A stretch of DNA of 45,410 nt from Betaproteobacteria bacterium (lineage in GTDB: Bacteria; Pseudomonadota; Gammaproteobacteria; Burkholderiales; Burkholderiaceae_C), in NCBI GenBank assembly GCA_031428185.1, contig JANPOW010000248.1:1-45410 (forward strand), written 5' to 3'. Within the stretch, counting starts at the first letter, position 1. Each line of letters starts with the position of its first letter. A program made the position numbers and the translations under genes. The notes under the pieces were generated by a model. The model was not told the origin of the DNA. It saw only the letters and a list, made by a program, of their open reading frames with translations, and searched no databases. Positions 18,797 to 27,862 of the stretch are shown one piece after another.

Positions 18797-19684
18797 TCAA
18801 GCCACCTCGCGCCCCGCCCCCGCCGACCAGATGCGCCACCAGGTCTGCACATCCAGCTGCAGCCCCAGCGCGGCCAGTGCGTCTTGCGCCACGCTGATGC
18901 GGCGCGATCCCAGGATGGGCAGCGGAGCGCTGGGGTGGCGCAGCACCCAGGCAATGGCCAGCGTGGTGGTGGAGATGCCCAGCTCGGCGGCTATGGCCTC
19001 CAGCGTCTGGCGCACACGCTGGGCGGTCTCGTCCCGGCCGGTGAACAGGCGCCCGCCGGCCAGCGGCGACCAGATCATGGGCCGCAGGCCCAAGTCCTGG
19101 CACTGGTCCAGCACACCGTCGTGCAGCCGGTCCAGGTGCAGCGGCGACAACTCGATCTGGTGGCTGGCCAGGGCGATGCGCCGGTGCAGCGGTGCCAGTT
19201 GCGCCGGGCTGAAGTTGCTGACGCCAAAGTGGCGCACCTTGCCGGCGCGGCGCAAGGCCTCAAAGGTGTCGGCCAGCGCGTCAAAGTCCGTCAGCGCGTC
19301 AGGCCGGTGGATCAGCAGCAGGTCCAGGTGGTCGCAGCGCATGGCCTGCAGCGATGCGTCCACAGCCGCCCGCACATGAGCGGCTGTGGTGTCGTAGTGC
19401 TTGACGTGGTGATCAGGCCGTGCCGGGCTGCGCAACTGGATGCCGCATTTGCTGACCAGCTGCATGCGGCTGCGCAAGGCCGGCCGCAGCGCCAGCGCCT
19501 CACCAAACAGCGCTTCGACCCGGTAGTCGCCGTAGATGTCGGCATGGTCAAAGCTGGTCAGGCCGAGATCCAGGTTGGCCTCCACCCAGGCCAGGCGCTG
19601 CTGCGCTGTCCAGCCCCAATCGGCCAGGCGCCAGGCGCCGGCCACGATGGGCGACAGCCCCGCCGGGTTGTGCATCAAGGCCAC
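18797..19684 (-). CDS. Aldo/keto reductase (YdhF-like)
   Basis: FDHADIYG, SKCGI, DLLLIHRPD, GKVRHFGVSNF, WSPLAGG; alternative ATG at 19675. Confidence 0.92.
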   Translation of the reverse strand: MALMHNPAGLSPIVAGAWRLADWGWTAQQRLAWVEANLDLGLTSFDHADIYGDYRVEALFGEALALRPALRSRMQLVSKCGIQLRSPARPDHHVKHYDTTAAHVRAAVDASLQAMRCDHLDLLLIHRPDALTDFDALADTFEALRRAGKVRHFGVSNFSPAQLAPLHRRIALASHQIELSPLHLDRLHDGVLDQCQDLGLRPMIWSPLAGGRLFTGRDETAQRVRQTLEAIAAELGISTTTLAIAWVLRHPSAPLPILGSRRISVAQDALAALGLQLDVQTWWRIWSAGAGREVA

Positions 19685-19688
19685 CGGC

Positions 19689-20282
19689 TCAGACCTTGGC
19701 CTTGGGCACCCGCCCCATCAGATAAAACTCGTCATTGGGCCGCATGCCGGCAAGGTTGGCCATGCGGTTGCTGAGGCCAAAAAACGCGGTGATGGCGCCG
19801 ATGTCCCAGATGTCTTCGTCATCGAACCCGTGGTCGCGCAGCGCGCTGTAGTCGGCGTCATCCACCTCGTGTGAGCGCTGGCAGACCTTCATCGCAAAGT
19901 CCAGCATGGCGCGCTGGCGGGCTGTGATGTCGGCCTTGCGGTGGTTCACCGCCAACTGATCCGCAATCAACGGTTTTTTCTCGTAGATGCGCAGAATGGC
20001 GCCATGTGCCACCACGCAGTACAGGCACTGGTTGGCGGCCGAGGTGGCCACGATGATCATCTCGCGCTCACCCTTGCTCAAACTGCCGGTGGTCTTGAGC
20101 AGCAGCGCGTCGTGGTAGGCCATGAAGGCACGCCATTCGGCGGGCCGGTGCGCCAGCGCCAAAAATACGTTGGGCACAAAGCCTGATTTTTCCTGCACCG
20201 CCAGGATGCGCTCACGCAGGTCGTCGGGCAGGTCTTGCAACGCAGGCACGGGGTAGCGGCTGATGGGCAAGGGGGTGGTCAT
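19689..20282 (-). CDS. Peroxidase-related enzyme (AhpD/carboxymuconolactone decarboxylase family)
   Basis: GFVPNVF, EREMIIVATSAANQCLYCVVAHG, FFGLSNR. Confidence 0.92.
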   Translation of the reverse strand: MTTPLPISRYPVPALQDLPDDLRERILAVQEKSGFVPNVFLALAHRPAEWRAFMAYHDALLLKTTGSLSKGEREMIIVATSAANQCLYCVVAHGAILRIYEKKPLIADQLAVNHRKADITARQRAMLDFAMKVCQRSHEVDDADYSALRDHGFDDEDIWDIGAITAFFGLSNRMANLAGMRPNDEFYLMGRVPKAKV

Positions 20283-20356
20283 CGGGTCTGTCCTGGTGGG
20301 GTGGGGCGCAGCAGTGTGAGGGGGGTGCAGCAGCGCGGGGCGCTGGCTGCATTACA

Positions 20357-20500
20357 TCAGCCGCGCTGCGACCAGCCGCGATTGCCGTGCGGGGGGTGCA
20401 GCGGCATGCCCACCGTGCCGGGCACAAAGTAGGGTGATGGGATCAGCACCCGCCGGCCCGCCTGGCCCAGCAACAGCGTGGCGCGGACGGCTGCCGCGCA
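20357..20500 (-). pseudogene. Possible short remnant of a phospholipase D / ClsC-like gene
   Basis: One frame reads AVRATLLLGQAGRRVLIPSPYFVPGTVGM; SPYFVPG recalls the PLD/cardiolipin-synthase family; no start codon or HKD motif. Confidence 0.4.
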
Positions 20501-20538
20501 CCAAGCCCCACGGGACGCAGCCGCCAGGTGTCAGCGCC

Positions 20539-22281
20539 TTAGCTGCGGAACTGCAGCGCATGCAGCCGCGCATACAGCCCGCCTGCGGCCAGCAGCGCGG
20601 CGTGCGGGCCGATTTCCACCACGCGGCCGGCGTCCAGCACCACGATGCGGTCGGCATGCTCGATGGTGGACAGGCGGTGGGCAATGATCAGCGTGGTGCG
20701 GCCGTGCATCAGCGTGTCCAGCGCGGCTTGCACCGCACGTTCACTCTCGCTGTCCAGCGCCGAGGTGGCTTCGTCCAGGATCAGGATGGGCGCGTTTTTG
20801 TACAGCGCCCGGGCAATCGCCAGGCGCTGGCGCTGGCCGCCCGAAAGCTGGCTGCCGTTGTGGCCGATCACGGTGTGCATGCCTTGCGGCAGGCCATCGA
20901 CAAAATCCAGCAGATGGGCACCGGCCAGCGCGGCGCGGATGCCCGTGTGATCGGCTGTGGCAGCCGGGTTTGTGCCCAATGCCACGTTGGCCGCAATGCT
21001 GTCGTTGAACATCACCACGTCCTGGCTGACCAGCGCAAATTGCTGGCGCAAGGTGCCGGGCTGCCAGTCGGCCAGTGCCACGCCGTCCAGCAGGATGCGG
21101 CCGCTGCTGGGGTCTACAAAGCGCGGCAGCAGGTTGATCAGCGACGATTTGCCGGCGCCTGACGGCCCCACCAGCGCCACCGTCTGGCCGGCCGGGATGT
21201 CCAAGCTCAGGTGGTCCAGCGCGGGCAACTGGTCGTCGCGGTAGCGCAGCACCAGGTCTTGCAACTGCAGATGGCCATGCGCCCGGCCACCGGCGGGCTG
21301 GTGGCTGCCGCCCACCTCGGCCGGGCTGTCGTCCAGCAGCTCCAGCCCGCGCTCGATGGACGCCAGGCCACGGGTGATGGGTGCCATCACATCCGATAAA
21401 TGCTTGACCGGCGCCACCAGCATCAGCATGGCGGTGATGAAAGCCACAAACCCCCCCACCGTGGCGCCGTTGCTGCTGCTTTGCCACAGCGCCATCACGA
21501 TCACGGCGGAGAGCGCCAGCGCGGTGAAGATTTGCGTCACCGGCGTCATCGCGCCACTGGCGGCCACGATCTTGAGCAGCACCCGGCGCAGCGTGAGTGC
21601 GTGTTGCTCGAACCGGCTGGCCTGCGGCGCGGTGGCGCCGTGCAGCCGCACGATGCGCCAGGCCAGCACGTTTTCTTCCACCACGTAAGCCAGCGCGTCG
21701 GTGGCGTCCTGGCCCTCGCGGGCCAGCCGGTGCAGGCGTTTACCCACGCTGCGCATCAGCAGCGCCACGGCCGGGAACAGCACGCCGACAAACAGCGTCA
21801 ACCTCCAGTTCAGCCACAGCAAGTAGCCCAACAAGGCCAGCAGCGTGAGCGAATCCTTGACCAGCGTGAGCACCGAGTTGACCAACTGGGTGGCGCCGTT
21901 TTGCACCTCGTAGACCAGGGTGTTGGTCAGGCTGCTGGCGCTGCGCTGGCCAAACAGCGCCGGCTGGCCGGTCAGGATGCGCTGGAACAGCGCCTCGCGC
22001 AGGTCTTGCACCCCGCGCAGCGCGGCCCACGACAGCGCGTACTGCGCCACAAAACCCGCCACCCCACGCACCGCAAAAATACCCACGATGGCCACCGGCA
22101 CCGCCCACAGCGGCAGCTTGCCGGCGGTAAAGCCCTGGTCCAGCAGTGGCCGCATCAGCTCGGGGATCAGCGGCTCGGTGGCCGCGCCAACCAGCGAGCC
22201 GACAAACGCCACCAGCACGCCGATGCGGCCATGGCGGAAGTACGGTGCGATGCGGGCAAAGCGCTGCAGCAGGGTGGGCAT
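20539..22281 (-). CDS. msbA: Lipid A export ABC transporter MsbA
   Basis: TM domain plus NBD: [44 protein letters not shown]; ATG at 22281. Confidence 0.9.
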   Translation of the reverse strand: MPTLLQRFARIAPYFRHGRIGVLVAFVGSLVGAATEPLIPELMRPLLDQGFTAGKLPLWAVPVAIVGIFAVRGVAGFVAQYALSWAALRGVQDLREALFQRILTGQPALFGQRSASSLTNTLVYEVQNGATQLVNSVLTLVKDSLTLLALLGYLLWLNWRLTLFVGVLFPAVALLMRSVGKRLHRLAREGQDATDALAYVVEENVLAWRIVRLHGATAPQASRFEQHALTLRRVLLKIVAASGAMTPVTQIFTALALSAVIVMALWQSSSNGATVGGFVAFITAMLMLVAPVKHLSDVMAPITRGLASIERGLELLDDSPAEVGGSHQPAGGRAHGHLQLQDLVLRYRDDQLPALDHLSLDIPAGQTVALVGPSGAGKSSLINLLPRFVDPSSGRILLDGVALADWQPGTLRQQFALVSQDVVMFNDSIAANVALGTNPAATADHTGIRAALAGAHLLDFVDGLPQGMHTVIGHNGSQLSGGQRQRLAIARALYKNAPILILDEATSALDSESERAVQAALDTLMHGRTTLIIAHRLSTIEHADRIVVLDAGRVVEIGPHAALLAAGGLYARLHALQFRS

Positions 22282-22476
22282 GGGGGTGTGTTGGGCGGCC
22301 GGCGCCAAGCGGTCGAATGCCGGGATCAAGGCCGGGATCAAGGCCAGGATGGCCGCTGCAGGGCAGGGCGTTGGGCTGGCGCGTGCCCAAGGGCTGCCAG
22401 GACAGCGGCGGATTATCCGGGTCAGCCGCAGGGCAGCCGGCCCCGGTGTGGCGCGCTGCCGACACGGCCACCCGAC

Positions 22477-22505
22477 TTGCCGCAATGACTGTATGAACGT
22501 ACAGT
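22477..22505 (+). promoter_or_regulatory. LexA (SOS) box within the imuA promoter
   Basis: CTGT-ATGAACGT-ACAG at 22489-22504 (CTGT-N8-ACAG); TTGCCG-17bp-TACAGT promoter-like pair. Confidence 0.9.
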
Positions 22506-22511
22506 TATTAC

Positions 22512-23567
22512 GTGAACCTGTCGCTGCCCCTGTTTCCTGAGCTTGACGGCCTGCCGGCGCCACAAGGCGGGCCGCAGGCGGCTGAGCGGCCTGTGCCTGC
22601 AGCGGTTTTGCCAGCCACCCCACCGGCGGCTGCGCACCAGCCCGCGCACCTGCTGCTTGGCCAAACGCAGGGCGATGACCACGACGACCCCATCAGCCGC
22701 GCCCTGACCGACCCGCTGGCCGGTCTGCAGGGCCAGGGCCTTGCCAGCCCACGAGACCTTGCCGCGCTGCACCCCGCTGTCTGGCGCGCCAGCCAGATCG
22801 GGGGGGCGCCGCGCCGCACCACGGCCAGCGGTTTTGCGGTGCTGGACGCCCAGTTGCCCGGCGGCGGCTGGCCGCACGGTGTGCTCACTGAGCTGCTGCT
22901 GCCCCACCCCGGGGTGGGTGAGCTGCGCCTGCTGGCACCCGCGCTGGCGGCGCTGGCCCCCGCTGTGTCCGCTGCCACAGCCGGCAGCGGACACGGCCGC
23001 TGCGTGATGCTGTTTGACCCCCCCGCCGCGCTCAGCGCCTGGGCGCTGTTGCAATGTGGCCTCAACAGCCGGCACTGGCTGGTGGTGCAGGCCAGGGCCG
23101 GGCAGGGCAGCCGCAGCCAGCCAAATCAAGCCAGGCGTAGCGTGCCCCGCAGCGCCAACCGCCTGGCCCCGCTGCTGCCGGGCGCCGATGTGCTGTGGGC
23201 GCTGGAGCAAGCCCTCAAAAGTGGCCATGTCGGCGCCATCCTGGCCTGGCTACCACTGCAGGTGCAGGCCGACGCCCTGCGCCGGCTGCAGATCGCCGCC
23301 CAGGCGCATGACGGGCCGGTGTTCATCCTGCGCGACGTGCTGGCCGCCAGCCGGCCCAGCCCGGCGCCGCTGCGCCTGCTGCTGCAGCCGGCGGGGGTGG
23401 ACGGGCTGGCGCTGCGCCTGCTCAAACGGCGCGGCCCACCGCTGGCCCAGCCGCTGCGGCTGGTGTTGCCGTCCGTGCTGGCGCCGCATCTGCAAGCCCA
23501 GGCCCAGGCCGATGACCTGCTGCGCCAGGCCGCAGTGCCAGCCCGTGGCGCCGCAGCACGCGGTTGA
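22512..23567 (+). CDS. imuA: Translesion synthesis protein ImuA
   Basis: SGFAVLDAQLPGGGWP, LTELLLPHPGVGELRLL, LWALEQALKSG, LRRLQIAA, PSPAPLRL, LLKRRGP. Confidence 0.92.
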   Translation: MNLSLPLFPELDGLPAPQGGPQAAERPVPAAVLPATPPAAAHQPAHLLLGQTQGDDHDDPISRALTDPLAGLQGQGLASPRDLAALHPAVWRASQIGGAPRRTTASGFAVLDAQLPGGGWPHGVLTELLLPHPGVGELRLLAPALAALAPAVSAATAGSGHGRCVMLFDPPAALSAWALLQCGLNSRHWLVVQARAGQGSRSQPNQARRSVPRSANRLAPLLPGADVLWALEQALKSGHVGAILAWLPLQVQADALRRLQIAAQAHDGPVFILRDVLAASRPSPAPLRLLLQPAGVDGLALRLLKRRGPPLAQPLRLVLPSVLAPHLQAQAQADDLLRQAAVPARGAAARG

Positions 23568-23610
23568 ACCGTCTGAACCCGTCTGAACCCGTCTGAACCC
23601 TTCTGAACAC
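23563..23610. repeat. 10-bp tandem repeat GTCTGAACCC
   Basis: Three exact copies at 23571-23600 plus degenerate flanking copies, in the imuA-imuB spacer. Confidence 0.9.
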
Positions 23611-23638
23611 CACCCATCACGACGGAACCCACCCGCCC

Positions 23639-25393
23639 ATGCTCTGGCTTGCCCTGCACCTGCCCCACTTGTCGCTTGAATCCTGCGCCGCCACCCGTGA
23701 CCCGGCCCAGGCCCACCTGCCGCTGGCGCTCTTGCATGCGCACCAGGTGCAGCATGCCGATGCCCTGGCGCTGGCACGGGGGGTGCGCCCGGGCATGCAG
23801 CGCGCCACCGCGCTGGCGCTGGCACCCGATCTGCTGCTGGCCGCCGCCGACGCCCGGCGTGATGCCCAGGCCCTGCGCGCCGTGGCCCATGTGGCGCTGG
23901 CCTTCAGCCCGTCTGTCACCTGGGCCACACCGGCCGGCCTGCGCCCGTCCAGCGCCCAGGCCGATGCCGACGCCCAACCCGTGGCCACCGCCGGCCTGGT
24001 GGGGGTGCGGCTGGAGGTGCAAGCCAGCCTGCGCTACTTTGGTGGCCTGCCCAAGCTGCTGGGCCGGCTGCGTGCCGCACTGGCCCCGCTGGGCCACACG
24101 GTGCGCATCGCCAGCGCCCCCACCGCGCTGGGTGCGGCGCTGCTGGCCGCCTGGGGTGGCGGCGGGGCTGACGCTCAAACGGGTGGCCTGGCTGATGACC
24201 TGGCCGATGATCTGGCCGATGATCTGGCCTCAGGCCCCCACAGCACCCAGCCCGCCGCCCTGCAAACCCTGCTGGACGCCGTGCCGCTGGCCCTGCTGGG
24301 CGCCGGCCTGCAGCACCAGGCAGCGTTGCAAGGCATGGGCCTGCACACGCTGGGTGATTTGCAACGCCTGCCACGCGACGGCCTGGCGCGGCGCTTTGGC
24401 CCGGCGCTGTTAGACCAGATCGACCGCGCCCGTGGCCACGCCCCCGACGCCTACCACTGGCTCACCCTGCCGCCCACGTTCGATGCCCGCATCGAGCTGC
24501 TGTGCCGTGCCGATACCAGCACCCAGGTGCTGGCCGGCGCCCAGGTGCTGCTGGCCCGGCTGCTGGCCTGGGCCGGCGCCCGGCAGGCGCGCATCGGCCG
24601 TTTCAGCCTGGTGCTGCACCATGAGCCGAGGCGCCAGCGGGACCCCGCCACGCCCAACAGCACGGCGCTGGACATCAACCTGGCTGAGCCGGTGGCTGAC
24701 GCCAAACACCTGCACAGCCTGCTGGCCGAGCGCCTGGGCCGGCTGCCGCTGGCCGCGCCCGCGCTGGAGCTGAGCCTGCGCTGCAACCACCTGGTGCTGG
24801 CCGCCGCACCCAACGGAGAGCTGTTTGCCAGCCACGCCAGTGAGCGCGAAGGCCTGGCCCGGCTGGTGGAGCGGCTGCAAGCCCGGCTGGGCCCCGCCCA
24901 GGTGCTGAGCCTGAGCCCCGTGCCTGACCACCGGCCCGAGTACGGCACCCGCTGGCAGCCGGCTGACCCGGCCCGGCTGGGCGCAGCACCCGCCAGCACA
25001 CCCGCCGCCGCATCATTTGCGGCAGCACCCACCACACCAACCACCACCGTACCCGACACCCCAGCCGACACCCTGGCTGGCCCCCCAGCCGCGAGCACCG
25101 GCCTGCCCGCCGCCCACCCGCTGGCGGGCCAGCCGCTGTGGCTGCTGCCTGACCCGCAAGCCCTGGCCGAATGGGGCCAAGGCCCACTGCTGGACGGCCA
25201 CCTGCTGCAACTGCTGGCCGGCCCCGAGCGGCTGGAATACGGCTGGTGGTCACCACAAGGCCCGGCGGTGCGGGACTACTTCATCGCCCGTGCCAGCAGC
25301 GGCGCGCTGGTCTGGGTCTACCGCCACCGCCTGCCGCCCCGGCCGGGCGCAGCGGGCGCGCCAGCCTGGTTTTTGCAGGGCCGGTTTGCGTGA
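23639..25393 (+). CDS. imuB: Inactive Y-family polymerase ImuB
   Basis: MLWLALHLP, GVRPGM, EVQASLRYFGG, LPRDGLARRFG, GPERLEYGWW, RDYFIA, WFLQGRFA. Confidence 0.92.
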   Translation: MLWLALHLPHLSLESCAATRDPAQAHLPLALLHAHQVQHADALALARGVRPGMQRATALALAPDLLLAAADARRDAQALRAVAHVALAFSPSVTWATPAGLRPSSAQADADAQPVATAGLVGVRLEVQASLRYFGGLPKLLGRLRAALAPLGHTVRIASAPTALGAALLAAWGGGGADAQTGGLADDLADDLADDLASGPHSTQPAALQTLLDAVPLALLGAGLQHQAALQGMGLHTLGDLQRLPRDGLARRFGPALLDQIDRARGHAPDAYHWLTLPPTFDARIELLCRADTSTQVLAGAQVLLARLLAWAGARQARIGRFSLVLHHEPRRQRDPATPNSTALDINLAEPVADAKHLHSLLAERLGRLPLAAPALELSLRCNHLVLAAAPNGELFASHASEREGLARLVERLQARLGPAQVLSLSPVPDHRPEYGTRWQPADPARLGAAPASTPAAASFAAAPTTPTTTVPDTPADTLAGPPAASTGLPAAHPLAGQPLWLLPDPQALAEWGQGPLLDGHLLQLLAGPERLEYGWWSPQGPAVRDYFIARASSGALVWVYRHRLPPRPGAAGAPAWFLQGRFA

Positions 25394-25463
25394 CGCACAC
25401 CCACCCTGCTGGCCTGGCTGCGCAGCAAGGGCTGCATCGGGGGCGACAAGACCGACAGCGCGC

Positions 25464-26873
25464 TCAGGCGTTGTCCACCGGCCGCGCCTTCACCCGCTTG
25501 CCCTTGACCGTGCCGTTGTTCAGCGCCTGCAGCGCGCTGTCGGCAATCTCACGCGCCACCGCCACATAGGTGCTGAACTCGTTCACATTGATCTTGCCGA
25601 TCAACCCGGCGGCAAAGCCTGCGCTGCCGGTCAAGGCGCCCATCACGTCGCCAGCGCGGATTTTTTCCTTGCGGCCACCCAGGATCTGCAGCGTCACCAT
25701 CGGTGCCAGCAGCGGGCCGCTTCCTGTGGGGGTCAGCTCGGCCAGCGGATGAAAGGTGCTGGCCCGGCCCTGCAACTGCTCGATGCGGCCCACCCGGCCC
25801 ATCTCGTCCAGGCTGGCCAGGCTGAAGGCCCAGCCCTGGGCACCGGCACGGCCGGTGCGGCCCACGCGGTGGATGTGCAGCTCGGCGTCGGGTGTGATGT
25901 CCACATTGACAACCGCTTCCAGGTCGGTGATGTCCAGCCCACGTGCGGCCACATCGGTGGCCACCAGCACCGGGCAACTGCGGTTGGCAAACTGGATCAG
26001 CACCTGGTCGCGGTCCCGCTGGTCCAAATCACCGTGCAAGGCCAGCGCGGTGATGCCCTGGGCGCCCAGCACCGCCACCAAATCCCGGCCCTGCGCCTTG
26101 GTATTGCAAAACGCCAGCGTGCGCTCGGGCCGGTAGTGGTTCAGCAGCAGGCCCACGGCGTGCAGGCGCTGGTCCTCCGTCACCTCGTAAAAGCGCTGGC
26201 GGATTGCCGTGGCGGTGGGCTGCTCGGTCAGCTTGACCTCTTGCGGGTTGCGCAAGAATTTTTTGCCGATCTGCGCGATGCCCTCGGGGTAGGTGGCCGA
26301 GAACAGCAGCGTTTGCCGGTTTTTTGGGCACTGCGCGGCGATTGCCGCGATGTCGTCCATGAAGCCCATGTCCAGCATGCGGTCGGCTTCGTCCAGCACC
26401 AGGCAGTTCAGTGCGGCCAGCAGCAAGCTGCCGCGCGCCAGGTGGTCGCTGATGCGGCCAGGTGTGCCTACCACGATGTGGGCGCCGTGCGCCAGGCTGT
26501 CCAGCTGGCTGCGGATCGGCGCACCACCACACAGTGTCAGCACCTTGATGTTGTCGGCAGCACGCGCCAGGCGGCGGATCTCTTGCGTCACCTGCTCGGC
26601 CAGCTCCCGCGTGGGGCACAGCACCAGCGCCTGGGTGTCGGGGCGTTTGCTGTCCAGCCGGGCCAACCTGGCAAGAAGGGCCAGCGCAAAGGCGGCGGTT
26701 TTGCCGCTGCCGGTCTGGGCCTGGGCGATCAGGTCCTGGCCGGCCAGGGCCAGCGGCAGGGCGGCGGCCTGGATCGGCGTCATCACCAGGTAGCCCAGCG
26801 TCTGCAGGTTGGCCAGCGTGGCAGGGCCTAGCGGCAGAGTGTCAAACGTGGGGGCGGCAACAGAGGCGGTCAT
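25464..26873 (-). CDS. dbpA: ATP-dependent RNA helicase DbpA
   Basis: AQTGSGKT, PTRELA, DEAD, SAT, HRVGRTGR, C-terminal GGRKEKIRAGDVMGALT RNA-binding domain. Confidence 0.95.
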   Translation of the reverse strand: MTASVAAPTFDTLPLGPATLANLQTLGYLVMTPIQAAALPLALAGQDLIAQAQTGSGKTAAFALALLARLARLDSKRPDTQALVLCPTRELAEQVTQEIRRLARAADNIKVLTLCGGAPIRSQLDSLAHGAHIVVGTPGRISDHLARGSLLLAALNCLVLDEADRMLDMGFMDDIAAIAAQCPKNRQTLLFSATYPEGIAQIGKKFLRNPQEVKLTEQPTATAIRQRFYEVTEDQRLHAVGLLLNHYRPERTLAFCNTKAQGRDLVAVLGAQGITALALHGDLDQRDRDQVLIQFANRSCPVLVATDVAARGLDITDLEAVVNVDITPDAELHIHRVGRTGRAGAQGWAFSLASLDEMGRVGRIEQLQGRASTFHPLAELTPTGSGPLLAPMVTLQILGGRKEKIRAGDVMGALTGSAGFAAGLIGKINVNEFSTYVAVAREIADSALQALNNGTVKGKRVKARPVDNA

Positions 26874-26986
26874 GCACGATTGTCGGTGACGCCCCGCCGT
26901 CCAACAGGCGTGGGATGTGGCCAGCACGCCAGTCAGGCTAGAAGCGGCCAAGCCAGCTCACCAACCCCCGACTTCTGGAGCCGATC

Positions 26987-27847
26987 ATGAAAAAAATTGC
27001 CCTCATCGCGCTGCACGGCATGGGCATCACCGCGCCCGACTACGTCAACGAGTTGTCGCAAGACCTGGCGCGCCGGCTGGGGCCGGCGTTTGATGCGCTG
27101 CACATCGGCGCGGTGTACTACAAAGGCCTGCTGCTGGCCAACGAGCAGCGGGTCTGGAACAGCCTGGGCCGCCAGGTGCGCTGGGACGGCCTGCGCCAGT
27201 TTTTGCTGTACGGCTTTGCCGATGCCGCCGGGCTGGAGAGCGCCAAGATGCTGCACGGCAGCGTCTACACCATGGCCCAGGCGCGTATTGCGCGTGAGCT
27301 GTACCTGGCGCGCCAGGCCATGGGCCATGACGGCCCGGTGGTGGTGCTGGCCCAATCGCTGGGCGGCCATGTGATGTCGTGTTATTTTTGGGACGCGCAG
27401 GGCGAGTTGTTGGGCGACAAGGCCAACGTCGGCATCTGGCAGGACATCCAGCAGTTCCGCCCCGAGATCTCGGGCGCCCAGCCACTCAGCGACGCCGACA
27501 TCGGGTTTTTGCGGGGCAGCAGCATCAGCCATGTGCTGACCACCGGCTGCAACATCCCCATTTTTGTGGCGGCGCATGCGGTGCAGCAGATCTTGCCGAT
27601 GCGGCCCAACAGCAGCTTCAAGTGGAGCAACTACTACGACAAGGACGACGTGCTGGGCTGGCCGCTGGCTGAGTTGTCAGAGCAATACCGCGCCGCCGTC
27701 ACCGATGTGCCGGTGAATGCGGGTGGTGGCCTGTTTGGCTGGATCGCGCGCAGCTGGAACCCGCTGTCGCACTTGCAGTACTGGCGTGACGACGAGGTGC
27801 TGGACCCGCTGACCGACACCTTGCGGGGCTTGATCGACGGCGCTTGA
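26987..27847 (+). CDS. Hypothetical protein with alpha/beta-hydrolase-like motifs
   Basis: GGAG RBS; IALHGMG, VLAQSLGG nucleophile elbow, YDKDDVLGWPL, SHLQYW. Confidence 0.8.
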   Translation: MKKIALIALHGMGITAPDYVNELSQDLARRLGPAFDALHIGAVYYKGLLLANEQRVWNSLGRQVRWDGLRQFLLYGFADAAGLESAKMLHGSVYTMAQARIARELYLARQAMGHDGPVVVLAQSLGGHVMSCYFWDAQGELLGDKANVGIWQDIQQFRPEISGAQPLSDADIGFLRGSSISHVLTTGCNIPIFVAAHAVQQILPMRPNSSFKWSNYYDKDDVLGWPLAELSEQYRAAVTDVPVNAGGGLFGWIARSWNPLSHLQYWRDDEVLDPLTDTLRGLIDGA

Positions 27848-27862
27848 TCTCAGGGCGTGGGC

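Noticed and set aside
25017-26831. Long plus-strand ORF and similar shadow ORFs (27857-29320, 33453-35243)
   Set aside because: Antisense to well-supported genes; expected from stop-codon scarcity at high GC
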